A stretch of DNA of 63,865 nt, filler included, from Octopus bimaculoides (lineage: Eukaryota), in assembly GCF_001194135.2 (NCBI RefSeq). It is 5 parts of 5 records of this genome, joined end to end, with 100 filler letters (N's around TTAATTAATTAA, not from the genome) between each part and the next. Parts side by side here need not be neighbours in the genome. Positions count along the whole stretch, not along the records: positions 34,381 to 53,300 come from NC_068984.1; positions 53,401 to 62,557 come from NC_069002.1; positions 62,658 to 63,865 come from NW_026356094.1; 2 more parts are not named here. The stretch is one strand, 5' to 3'. Below the pieces are notes generated by a model. The model was not told the origin of the DNA, made no database searches, and saw only the letters and a list, made by a program, of their open reading frames with translations. A program made the translations under genes and the position numbers. This document shows, one piece after another, positions 51,208 to 63,865 of the stretch (within the stretch, counting starts at the first letter, position 1; each line of letters opens with the position of its first letter).

Positions 51208-51253
<46 letters not shown>

Positions 51254-51634
51254 TATAATGTATATTTTCTTATATTCGTTTATTCTTTCGCTTGTTTCGG
51301 TCGTGGGAACTGTGCCCATGCTGGGGCACAGTCTTGAGGCTTACATACATACACACATACACATGCACATACACATACATACATACATACATACATACAT
51401 ACATACATACACACAAACATACATACAAACATGTTGATTAGTTTACGTCTCCATAACTTGACGGTTCAGCATAGGAGGTCGATGAAATAAATATGAGACC
51501 TAAAAATATAAAGCAATAAATCGATTTATGAACTGAATTTTTAAGCCGCTCCCAAGTAGGGTCGCATCCTATAACTGAAACAACTAAAAACGAATAATAT
51601 AAGCATGTGTGTGAGTGTATGTGTGTGTGCGCGC

Positions 51635-51678
<44 letters not shown>

Positions 51679-52491
51679 NNNNNNNNNNNNNNNNNNNNNN
51701 NNNNNNNNNNNNNNNNNNNNNNNNNNNNNNNNNNNNNNNNNNNNNNNNNNNNNNNNNNNNNNNNNNNNNNNNNNNNNNNNNNNNNNNNNNNNNNNNNNNN
51801 NNNNNNNNNNNNNNNNNNNNNNNNNNNNNNNNNNNNNNNNNNNNNNNNNNNNNNNNNNNNNNNNNNNNNNNNNNNNNNNNNNNNNNNNNNNNNNNNNNNN
51901 NNNNNNNNNNNNNNNNNNNNNNNNNNNNNNNNNNNNNNNNNNNNNNNNNNNNNNNNNNNNNNNNNNNNNNNNNNNNNNNNNNNNNNNNNNNNNNNNNNNN
52001 NNNNNNNNNNNNNNNNNNNNNNNNNNNNNNNNNNNNNNNNNNNNNNNNNNNNNNNNNNNNNNNNNNNNNNNNNNNNNNNNNNNNNNNNNNNNNNNNNNNN
52101 NNNNNNNNNNNNNNNNNNNNNNNNNNNNNNNNNNNNNNNNNNNNNNNNNNNNNNNNNNNNNNNNNNNNNNNNNNNNNNNNNNNNNNNNNNNNNNNNNNNN
52201 NNNNNNNNNNNNNNNNNNNNNNNNNNNNNNNNNNNNNNNNNNNNNNNNNNNNNNNNNNNNNNNNNNNNNNNNNNNNNNNNNNNNNNNNNNNNNNNNNNNN
52301 NNNNNNNNNNNNNNNNNNNNNNNNNNNNNNNNNNNNNNNNNNNNNNNNNNNNNNNNNNNNNNNNNNNNNNNNNNNNNNNNNNNNNNNNNNNNNNNNNNNN
52401 NNNNNNNNNNNNNNNNNNNNNNNNNNNNNNNNNNNNNNNNNNNNNNNNNNNNNNNNNNNNNNNNNNNNNNNNNNNNNNNNNNNNNNNNNNN

Positions 52492-52528
<37 letters not shown>

Positions 52529-52734
52529 TATAATAGCTTAAAGGTAATACTCTGTGCGAACTTTTGAGCTAGCTCCTGCGGAGGGCTAATTGGGCTTGCG
52601 GCACAAAACTGAGGAGAGAAATGTTAATAAAGCATTTATTAGTACCCTACCATCTCAGATTTATCTCACAGACGATCACGCTTGGAGAATTTTGTATCAC
52701 CGTGACGTTTGGAGATCACTGTAAGCCAGCAGGT

Positions 52735-53140
52735 TAAAAAACAATCTTGGTTTTATCATTTAGTGTGAGTATGACGAGTTTGTTTCCATTTCCAACTCTG
52801 GAACGACCAACGTAGAGCTAACCATGGGAAAAGCGCTGCTGCATGAGGTGAAGGGCAGCAATTTTCAAGGAGTGACCTTGGCTCTTCCTAATTGACACCG
52901 CAAAGCTAACTCTTACTGGAAATATGACTGCTGGAATCAGTGGAATTCTTGGAATAAACACATTTTCTCCCTTTCCTTGCCCAGTGAGGCTTGCTGCTTC
53001 CAAAAGTTGTGGATATATTTGCCTGACAATCAGTGTTGCTCCATTGCACAGCTCTGGAGGATCCAGATTTCTCAAAAGCATGATTGGAAGTCTTTTCTAC
53101 AATGTCTTGGATCTAGCTTTAAATGAATTGATTATATTTT
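52735..53140 (-). mobile_element. Helitron PIF1-like helicase C-terminal fragment (decayed)
   Basis: Translates PIMLLRNLDPPELCNGATLIV...GENVFIPRIPLIP...FPVRVSFAVSIRKSQGHSL...FSHG*LYVGRSRVG, the canonical Helitron helicase motifs V-VI. Confidence 0.9.
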
Positions 53141-53571
53141 CTCGTGTTCCTTTCTGTTGAAGCGCATAGGCTCGAAACATAGAAGACTTTCTCACCTTCC
53201 TGAGCGTTAAACTAATACACGTGTTTGTTGTTTACACACCTGTCTTCGTCTTTTGTTTTTTTGTATTTTTTTTGTAATTCCAACTAGATATACATACATA
53301 NNNNNNNNNNNNNNNNNNNNNNNNNNNNNNNNNNNNNNNNNNNNTTAATTAATTAANNNNNNNNNNNNNNNNNNNNNNNNNNNNNNNNNNNNNNNNNNNN
53401 GGGGGGTGTAGTGATTGTTAGAATTGTGGTAGAAGGGGTGGGGGTAGGGGTATTGTTGGGTGGATAGGCTGGAAGTGGATGGGTAGGTATAGTGATTGTG
53501 TTGGTATGGGATGTGATGGTTTAAGGTTTGGTGAGAAAAACGGTGTGTTTTGGGGTGTTTGTAGGGTGGAT

Positions 53572-53706
53572 TGTATGCACCTACTTGAAGGCTCTGAATT
53601 TACCTTCAAACGAGGAACAAAGTTTAAAATTAAAACCAATTTCTCTTGTTCCTCGAGTAACCTCATTTATGTCCTTACTTGCGCAGGTTGCCAAAACTTC
53701 TATATC
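53572..53706 (+). mobile_element. Penelope-like element GIY-YIG endonuclease fragment (runs into gap)
   Basis: Translates CMHLLEGSEFTFKRGTKFKIKTNFSCSSSNLIYVLTCAGCQNFYI, the Penelope-type C...NLIY..TC..C...YI(G) pattern. Confidence 0.8.
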
Positions 53707-55199
53707 NNNNNNNNNNNNNNNNNNNNNNNNNNNNNNNNNNNNNNNNNNNNNNNNNNNNNNNNNNNNNNNNNNNNNNNNNNNNNNNNNNNNNNNNNNNNNN
53801 NNNNNNNNNNNNNNNNNNNNNNNNNNNNNNNNNNNNNNNNNNNNNNNNNNNNNNNNNNNNNNNNNNNNNNNNNNNNNNNNNNNNNNNNNNNNNNNNNNNN
53901 NNNNNNNNNNNNNNNNNNNNNNNNNNNNNNNNNNNNNNNNNNNNNNNNNNNNNNNNNNNNNNNNNNNNNNNNNNNNNNNNNNNNNNNNNNNNNNNNNNNN
54001 NNNNNNNNNNNNNNNNNNNNNNNNNNNNNNNNNNNNNNNNNNNNNNNNNNNNNNNNNNNNNNNNNNNNNNNNNNNNNNNNNNNNNNNNNNNNNNNNNNNN
54101 NNNNNNNNNNNNNNNNNNNNNNNNNNNNNNNNNNNNNNNNNNNNNNNNNNNNNNNNNNNNNNNNNNNNNNNNNNNNNNNNNNNNNNNNNNNNNNNNNNNN
54201 NNNNNNNNNNNNNNNNNNNNNNNNNNNNNNNNNNNNNNNNNNNNNNNNNNNNNNNNNNNNNNNNNNNNNNNNNNNNNNNNNNNNNNNNNNNNNNNNNNNN
54301 NNNNNNNNNNNNNNNNNNNNNNNNNNNNNNNNNNNNNNNNNNNNNNNNNNNNNNNNNNNNNNNNNNNNNNNNNNNNNNNNNNNNNNNNNNNNNNNNNNNN
54401 NNNNNNNNNNNNNNNNNNNNNNNNNNNNNNNNNNNNNNNNNNNNNNNNNNNNNNNNNNNNNNNNNNNNNNNNNNNNNNNNNNNNNNNNNNNNNNNNNNNN
54501 NNNNNNNNNNNNNNNNNNNNNNNNNNNNNNNNNNNNNNNNNNNNNNNNNNNNNNNNNNNNNNNNNNNNNNNNNNNNNNNNNNNNNNATATATATATATAT
54601 ATATATATATAATGGAACCCCAAAATATGTAGGTTTCACATTATTTCTAGAAATATGAGAAGATAAAACAAAAATTACACCCATATTTCTCTCAAATCCC
54701 AAGGCTTCATCTTTAAAAGAATGAATGAAATCTATTGAAGTCGTAAGTTTTATCTGCAAACAGCTACAACAGAAAATTATTTGATCGGATATCCTCTACT
54801 GGTTTTGGATTGACGTGGGCCTGAAAGCAAACAAATATTTCTAATTACATCCTTCATTCGTGGCGTAGGAAGAACATATGGGATAAAGTAGTTTTATGAG
54901 GTCAGAGTGCAAATCCTACCTCAAACAGGGCTAGAGCTCAAGAACACAACATGCTACACGTTCCGGATATCTATCCCACGATCTCACGGTTGTAAGTGCG
55001 TCACCCTTACCACCTGGCCACTGGCATATTTCTTCAATATTTCTGTGGCATAACTGGGAGGTTAAGAATCCAGCTTTACCACCATCTGGTCAGAGGTTGA
55101 CCCTCATCGAGCGGTACAATGGGCCAGACTCTCCCACTACATTTCTGGGTCCACCATTGCCTTGTCTGTCAGTCTTCTAGAAGTAAACTATGTGTATAT

Positions 55200-55261
<62 letters not shown>

Positions 55262-56443
55262 CTCCCCTACTCGTTTCATAACTTGTGTTGATTTGTTTAC
55301 GTCTAGTTTACCTACTTTTCTAATAAAAGATAGAATAAGTACAGAACATTAAAAAAGACTTCAGTACCGTGGCCAATTTATTTCTCTAATCCCTAGCAGG
55401 GTTTGCCACAGCATGGCTGCGGTGCACGCAGTGACTGCTACAAGTAAAGGAAGAAAGATAATTTATCAATAAAGAATCCTTTTAAAATTTTCCAGTAAAA
55501 TATTCTATTGCTTGGTGTTTTTTTTTTTTCAAATTCGTGTTTGATATATTTCTCCTGTGTTCTTTATAAAGAACACACATACACGTACACACACATACAA
55601 ACATATATACTTCCACAATGATATACACGNNNNNNNNNNNNNNNNNNNNNNNNNNNNNNNNNNNNNNNNNNNNNNNNNNNNNNNNNNNNNNNNNNNNNNN
55701 NNNNNNNNNNNNNNNNNNNNNNNNNNNNNNNNNNNNNNNNNNNNNNNNNNNNNNNNNNNNNNNNNNNNNNNNNNNNNNNNNNNNNNNNNNNNNNNNNNNN
55801 NNNNNNNNNNNNNNNNNNNNNNNNNNNNNNNNNNNNNNNNNNNNNNNNNNNNNNNNNNNNNNNNNNNNNNNNNNNNNNNNNNNNNNNNNNNNNNNNNNNN
55901 NNNNNNNNNNNNNNNNNNNNNNNNNNNNNNNNNNNNNNNNNNNNNNNNNNNNNNNNNNNNNNNNNNNNNNNNNNNNNNNNNNNNNNNNNNNNNNNNNNNN
56001 NNNNNNNNNNNNNNNNNNNNNNNNNNNNNNNNNNNNNNNNNNNNNNNNNNNNNNNNNNNNNNNNNNNNNNNNNNNNNNNNNNNNNNNNNNNNNNNNNNNN
56101 NNNNNNNNNNNNNNNNNNNNNNNNNNNNNNNNNNNNNNNNNNNNNNNNNNNNNNNNNNNNNNNNNNNNNNNNNNNNNNNNNNNNNNNNNNNNNNNNNNNN
56201 NNNNNNNNNNNNNNNNNNNNNNNNNNNNNNNNNNNNNNNNNNNNNNNNNNNNNNNNNNNNNNNNNNNNNNNNNNNNNNNNNNNNNNNNNNNNNNNNNNNN
56301 NNNNNNNNNNNNNNNNNNNNNNNNNNCAGCTAGATTTAACTGGACAATGTTTTAAATGTTGCTACATCAATGCCAGTATACTCGCCTGAAAGCCTACCCG
56401 TTAACAGAACCGAGAACATAAATACATAAATATATAAATATAT

Positions 56444-56484
<41 letters not shown>

Positions 56485-56584
56485 GGATGGATGGATTGAT
56501 GGATGGATGGATGGATGGATGGATGGATGGATGGACCGACGGATGGAGAGACTGCCAGACAGGCAGACAGACAGACAGACAGAC

Positions 56585-56639
<55 letters not shown>

Positions 56640-58581
56640 GAACATTAAGATATTCATAGCTTTATAATATATGTGGTGTATGGCTGCGAAGTTTTGTAGT
56701 CTGCACGCCGAGAATAAAATGGTTAAATGTTTTAAATGTTTGAAGCCAATAGTGTCTGCAATACGAATTGTTTACATTGTATTCACTGCATTCAGTTCAA
56801 TCATATAAAATTCTCATCTCGACTTTGCACGCCTATAATTTCGTTAACTGCACTCAATTCCCAATACTTTCGCCTTCATTCAATGGCTCGCTCGGTTAAT
56901 TGAGTCGCTCTCTACATCACTAAGAAACATGTGCAAGCTTTTCATTATATATTTCCTCACTACAAATACAATTAAATATACAGAGCTGATTTTTCTTTTC
57001 TTGGTTAAATTACTTGCCGCAGGTTAGTGTCCTTTACAGTGGGATGATATTGTTATTCTTATACATTTATCCCTAAAAGAATCAGAACTATCTGGAAACG
57101 AATTCATGGATCATTGTGATTCTAAAAGATATTAAACCTTCATGAAATTTATCCTGAATTAAGATGCCGATTTGGTAGTGGTGATAATGCAGTGTAGAGG
57201 CGCAAAATACATCAGAAGAATTGACAATAGGCTACGCTTTTAATATAATTTATCTGAAATAAAATTGCCCATTTCCATTGTGAAGAGAAGAGAGCAAGTA
57301 GCACTTGTCGTACGTCGATGATATGGCGAAAGTCCGAGGGCAGAGTGTTCTGAGCATTAAGAAAAAAGTAAAACTAATTTCCATGACAGGAGGAAGAGCA
57401 ACTTGTCAATCTCACTAAAGCTTAGCGTACAACAGGAATTACATCTGAGAAGAAGTTAGTGTGTGTGTGTGTGTGAGTGTGTATGTGTGTGTGTGTGTGT
57501 GTGTGTGCGTGTGTCCTTGTATATGCATTTTGTATGTATGCATGCATGAATAGGTGGATGGATGGATGGATGGATGGATGGATGGAGGGATGGATATATG
57601 TATGTTTTCTATATTCAATTATTTGTGTTGTTCGTCTAAAGAAGAACTTGGTTTGTAAGAAAGTCACAAAGACCCATTAGTGGAATGTAGATAACAAAAC
57701 CCAATTGAAAATTTGAACTTGAGAAACGTCTTGCACATTTTAACTGTTCGGTTAAGAGGTTGCATTTGTAATATGCGAATCAGTTGGTTGATTTCTTTTT
57801 CTGAAAACCATAGCTTATCCAGATCGTCACAAACCCATGTGGACCAAATATTATTAGTATAATAAACATGACTTTATAATCCGTGTATAGGAGCTGGAGG
57901 TTTCGAAGCACGTGTCCATAGTTATCCACTTACTCTTTGATCTTGTAAGAGATATTCGCGGCTGACATGCTACGGCATGTGTGGGTACTTGTATGCTGCT
58001 CTGCTTCTCTTTAAGCTACGTTTATTTTCATCCGGATACCTGTTTGGTAGCAAAGTTGTGAAGGAAGTATCTTGTTTTCTTCATCATCCTTCACAAAGTC
58101 ATGTAGAATTTTATAGCCACTGAAATCTTGATCATTTGCTCCAGACGGGTTGGTATGTATTCTGTTACTCCAATAATATTAGGAATGTAACCGAAACCCC
58201 TTATCAATGCTCCATAGATGTGCTCTTTCTCTTCTGTTTATCTAACCACATTGGTGTCCAGAGGGCACAGTGGTGTTCTTGTGGCCTCAAACAGCAATAT
58301 TCTAGCAGTTGCGTTGAAACTTGGTGGCTATTTTCATTTTAAAATTTCACCAATGTTCTTTTGCCAATCTGTCTCCATCTCAGTTATAGTTACCTTCTTT
58401 TTTTCTTCATTTTTTGCGGGTATATCATTTTCTAGACCGTTGTGGTCACTGAATCACACCTCACAGAAAGATAATATCTGGAAGACATTTGTTTACAGTT
58501 GCCCGTAGTATTGTTGGTGACTACAATTTTGTTCTTGCACAGCCTACATTTCCTGTCTATCAATGTTTTCTGCCTTTTATG

Positions 58582-58617
<36 letters not shown>

Positions 58618-59970
58618 TGTATGTATGTATGTATGTTTGTATGTATGTATGTATGTATGTATGTATGTATGTTTGTATGTATGTATGTTTGTATGTATGT
58701 ATGTTTGTATGTATGTATGTATAAATATATGTGTATGTAATTAGTGAAAGATAGAGATTATATATTTCCAGTTGTCTGTAAAAGCAGTACAGTAGACGGA
58801 ATTCCTTAACAATAGATATCAACTATCTGAAAGAAGTAGCGTTGCTCCAGTATAGCTACAGTTCAATGAATAAAGTTAGTAAATGACGAAACGAATACGT
58901 GATGCTATTAAAATAAATACCCACCTCCGTTATCTGAAACATTTGACAAAATGCCCAGTCAAAAAATAGTAAAACCTTTTCCTAAATAAATTTTCAAGTT
59001 TACATAAAAAAGAAAAAAATAACAGGAAATGGTATTTTCAGCAAAGTAAACGATGTTTGTAAAGAAGAAAGAAAAAAAGGAGTCAATATGAGTTCGTGTA
59101 TCCGTGTGTGTGTGTGTGTGCGTGTTTGATGGTACTGTATTCGGTAAGGAAATGTCAATTGCAGATAATGCTTATCTGTTGTTGTAAATATAAAATATAT
59201 TAACGATTTACTGAATTTATCGACAAAACCATATAAGGACATCTTTTCAAATCAGAGCTATTTTTCAAATTGAGAAACAGAATGACACTTAGATACTGAT
59301 ATACTACCGCCTTATATATATATATATATCCAAGTATAAACATATATATATATATTGACATATATCTATCTCTCTCCGATCCCATATAAATACATACAAA
59401 CATACATACATACATACATACATACATACATACATACATACATACATACATACACATCTTTACCCCTAGATAGATAAAAATGGAGAGGGGCTAAAAAACT
59501 TGGAGTGAGTGTCGGTGGTTGCTATATTTGGTAATATATTGCCACCTGCAGCCTCCCACGTTATCTACGGTTGTTTGTAAGTGGTAAATACAAAACCTAA
59601 AAAAAGGAAAACAGACAGAAACTTTTTGCAGAAATTCTTGCAGGTCAGCTATGGAATTCTCACTATCTTTCAAGCGATGTGTACCAAGATACACTACCAC
59701 AATTACCCGAATTTCCGATGCATGTGCACACATACACATACTGATATGTATATGTCGGTTGTATTCTGTGTACGTTTGAACTATTAATGTAAATATCAAT
59801 GTATATATTTTTTTACTTAAATATTCAAGAAAATCTTCAGTCTATGCTTTGTTTCTCTTAGCATGTATACATATACATACACACAAACATAACACACATA
59901 CACATATATTGTCCCTTTCTTGTATCACCTAATTATCTCGATATTTTGCGTTCTTGTCCCATTTTGCGTG

Positions 59971-60001
<31 letters not shown>

Positions 60002-60038
60002 ATGTATATATATAAATGTATGTATGTATGTATGTATG

Positions 60039-60076
<38 letters not shown>

Positions 60077-60569
60077 NNNNNNNNNNNNNNNNNNNNNNNN
60101 NNNNNNNNNNNNNNNNNNNNNNNNNNNNNNNNNNNNNNNNNNNNNNNNNNNNNNNNNNNNNNNNNNNNNNNNNNNNNNNNNNNNNNNNNNNNNNNNNNNN
60201 NNNNNNNNNNNNNNNNNNNNNNNNNNNNNNNNNNNNNNNNNNNNNNNNNNNNNNNNNNNNNNNNNNNNNNNNNNNNNNNNNNNNNNNNNNNNNNNNNNNN
60301 NNNNNNNNNNNNNNNNNNNNNNNNNNNNNNNNNNNNNNNNNNNNNNNNNNNNNNNNNNNNNNNNNNNNNNNNNNNNNNNNNNNNNNNNNNNNNNNNNNNN
60401 NNNNNNNNNNNNNNNNNNNNNNNNNNNNNNNNNNNNNNNNNNNNNNNNNNNNNNNNNNNNNNNNNNNNNNNNNNNNNNNNNNNNNNNNNNNNNNNNNNNN
60501 NNNNNNNNNNNNNNNNNNNNNNNNNNNNNNNNNNNNNNNNNNNNNNNNNNNNNNNNNNNNNNNNNNNNN

Positions 60570-60720
60570 TAGCGGTTCGGCAAAAGAGTTCGATAGAATA
60601 AGTACTAGGCTTCTAATGAATAAGTCCTGGGGTCGATTTGATCGACTAAAGGCGGCGGTGCTCCAGCATGGCCACAGTCAAAAGACTGAAACAAGTAAAA
60701 GAGTAAACGAGTAAAAGAGA
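60570..60720 (+). mobile_element. second half of the bipartite SINE
   Basis: agcggttcggcaaaagag...aataagtactaggc...ctccagcatggccacagtcaaaagactgaaacaagtaaaagag. Confidence 0.85.
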
Positions 60721-60730
60721 TACACACACA

Positions 60731-60768
<38 letters not shown>

Positions 60769-60843
60769 ACAATAAGTATATGCATGTATTTATATATATA
60801 TATGTGTGTGTGCATGTGTGTGTGTGTGTGTGTGCGTGTGTGT

Positions 60844-60882
<39 letters not shown>

Positions 60883-61694
60883 CATAAATATATATAAATT
60901 GTATATCAGACCCAAGCTGTTATACTTAATGTGTTTATCTGCATAATTACCTCCATATCTGCTCACCTAGATTCTTTTTACAGCTCTTTCTTACCCCGCA
61001 GAATTGGTCCCCCATAAAGATATTAAAGTCTAAGTTCGAACTACTTGAGCGTTACAAAGTGATTTCTATTCAAGAATCTCTGAATCTCATCTGACTACAT
61101 ACGGATATATATATATATATAAATGTATAAACAAACGACGTGCGTATACTTAATGTAAAAAATGAATGGAAGGCAAACAGAAGGTCCGTAATTCTTCATC
61201 AGTTATCGACCAATTGGTACTTTTCTGTTTCGCACCTTTAACCGTAGGCCTCATTGCTTTCCCAATTAGCGGTGTTCGCTAAAAAATTTTTTCTTGCGGA
61301 AAATTAGGGACAAGAGCAAAGACAACAAAGCAAAACAAGCGAAACGACACAGAGTGCGATTTAGGACGGTGGACGAGGACGAACAGTGGAACAAAAGACG
61401 GCCTTGTGGTCAAGTAGATGAGAAAAGTGGGTAACACTTAGAAAATGTCTTGAAGGATGGAGAACGGAGAGACAGAGAATATGCGATTGGTCAGCTACAG
61501 GAAAAGAAGAAAGAGGGGGACTGGCCGCTGGTCACTTGACAGTAGCATGCATAGGAGAAAGACAGGAATATTCTAATTTGTGTTTGAAGAAAAAGAAACT
61601 GACATGCAACATACACAGGGCGCGTCCGATTATAAACGTACGTTTTTCTGATGGTCCAGCTCTACCACGCTGGATGGACAGTGACCTGGCAGAG

Positions 61695-61835
61695 GGAGGT
61701 AGATAAGTCGACTACATCAACCACAGTGCTCAACTAGTACGTATTTGATCGACCACGAAAGAATGAAAGGCAAAATCGACTTCTGTGGAATTTGAACTCA
61801 GAACATATTGACGGACGAAATACCGCTAAGCATCT
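61695..61835 (-). mobile_element. central-domain SINE
   Basis: gatcgaccacgaaagaatgaaaggcaaaatcgacttctgtggaatttgaactcagaac...aaataccgctaagcat. Confidence 0.75.
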
Positions 61836-62657
61836 GTGTCAAGAAGTGGACTGAACATGGGCAATCCAATTCAATCCTATTCTAATACTTGAATGATTTG
61901 TCGTGATGAGAACCTCATACGGCCAGACATGTTCTGCCCTAAAAATCCGATGCTAACACACGCATTATAAATGGCGCCCGCTATTACAGTTTCCATCACA
62001 AGAAGGAAGTGGTTCCTAGTAATATAGAACACCTGATATCGACATATATATGGCAACCAGGTTAACTTATATCGATATTGTTCTTTATTTTGTTTGTTTG
62101 TTTGTTATATTTTTCTGGTTTTGTTATGTTTTGGTTCGAAGATTTGTCATGTAAAAAAGCCATGAGGAAGAAAGCACATTATAAACATTTCCGCTATTAT
62201 GGTATGTCTAAGCGAGCGTTCACAATCACACATGCATGCACAGAAATGGAAATACATATGTTTGTACATGTATGTATGTGTGTGTGTATATATATATATA
62301 TATGGTGCACCAGCATGACCGCAGCCACTTGGCTAAAACACATAAATAAATAAATAAATAAATATACTCATATATACATATACTCATATATACATATACT
62401 CATATATACATATACTCATATATACATACATGCATGTATACATATATGTGTTTGCGCGCCTGTACAAGTGCTTCATATTCAAGTTTTAAAATTGTGATAA
62501 ATAGGTTTATAAGCGGATGCGCGCCGCGTATGTACAAGTCACATTCTTTTTCTTTAANNNNNNNNNNNNNNNNNNNNNNNNNNNNNNNNNNNNNNNNNNN
62601 NTTAATTAATTAANNNNNNNNNNNNNNNNNNNNNNNNNNNNNNNNNNNNNNNNNNNN

Positions 62658-62689
<32 letters not shown>

Positions 62690-63865
62690 GATATATATAT
62701 GTTTGTGTGCATATATGTAGACGTATATATATGCATGTATTTATATATAAACAAATATATGTATATATGTATATAATGTGTAAAATTAATACAATAAAAC
62801 AAAGAAGTAATATAATGGATATTTGTTTAATTTTATTTGTACCCCCATACAATTATTGGACAGTTGATCAATACATATTGAGGAACATGTTTTCAGTATA
62901 TTAGATAACACCAGTTGATATCAGGATTGTTTAAAAATATCTTACGAGAAAATTACATACTCAATATTTGTAAGCTTATATACATATATATCTTTTTTTT
63001 TTTAGAAACGCAGTAGTTAATTTTGAGCAATTATATATGTAACATGCTGTATATTTTCTTGCAATCTTTTATCTTAGGTTTTGAATTACGAAAGCTCGTC
63101 TGACTACTCTACTTCAATGTCATTTGAATTCAAATTTATATCCTGTANNNNNNNNNNNNNNNNNTTCTCATTGGCTATATAATTATCTCTTTGTGAACTT
63201 CTTAAATACGTACAATGCACCTGTTACAAGCAAAGTAATTGTACATTTAATACACGCAAGTATATATGCTTATGCGCTCTCTATCTCTCCCACTCTCCCA
63301 CTCTNNNNNNNNNNNNNNNNNNNNNNNNNNNNNNNNNNNNNNNNNNNNNNNNNNNNNNNNNNNNNNNNNNNNNNNNNNNNNNNNNNNNNNNNNNNNNNNN
63401 NNNNNNNNNNNNNNNNNATATATATATATATATACCGGGTGTGGTAAATAAACTGTCGTGTAAATTTAACTCTTATTCTTTCTCTAATTCCTTTTTTCTC
63501 CTCTTCACTGTTTTCTTTTTATCTGTCTCTCTCTCCCTCTTTCTCNNNNNNNNNNTCTCCTCTTCACTGTTTTCTTTTTATCTGTCTCTCTCTCCCTCTT
63601 TCTCCTTTACACTTTCTCTCTTGCTGCTCACATGTGACCATCGACCTTCTCTCTTTTCTCTTTCCTCTTGTCATAGAGAATATTTCTGCAGCGGTCGCTA
63701 TTTTACCTTCGTCTTGTCTAAAGACCCACTATTTTTGTTTTCATTCGGTTTCCTTGTATGTCTTCATTGTCCTGCTTTTTACCAACATTGACCCTCCGCA
63801 AATCCCCAATTTTATTTTGGTTTGCGGGAGCAACTGCGACCATTCAATGGTCGAAATGAGGAGTA

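Noticed and set aside
63496-63605. ~49-bp direct repeat flanking a 10-N gap
   Set aside because: Typical unmerged contig overlap, an assembly artefact.

Overview
AT-rich, microsatellite-saturated animal genomic DNA from a fragmented draft assembly. Roughly 9 kb is N, and four artificial 100-bp joins carry a TTAATTAATTAA linker. The SINE families and repeat landscape look like an octopus (cephalopod) genome; this is inference. Almost all ORFs in the supplied track are artefacts of microsatellites or N-runs. Real coding signal, found by manual splice-site and phase analysis, is a set of minus-strand exons. Exons 31992-31708, 24124-24057 and 23494-23356 splice in phase into a low-complexity protein with a C-x2-C-x11-H-x3-C (C2HC/UBZ-like) zinc finger split by an intron. 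Exons 49422-49193 and 42605-42572 are also phase-compatible but lie across an assembly join, so they may belong to a different gene. No gene symbol can be assigned. The rest is a transposon graveyard: R4/Dong, HERO, Tx1, RTE and Penelope fragments, mariner and Helitron remnants, Helentron-type elements, MITEs, a minimal LTR element and many tRNA-derived SINEs. The most unusual structures are a 212-bp near-perfect SINE fold-back inside the zinc-finger intron, a telomere-repeat-bearing mini-element nested in the terminal inverted repeat (TIR) of a MITE with an inverted relative 2.4 kb away, a pile-up of Dong pieces in one (AAT)n tract, and a CpG-depleted domain coextensive with the zinc-finger gene. 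I do not see convincing evidence for a wholly new biological system. No CRISPR arrays, rRNA or intact tRNA genes were found.
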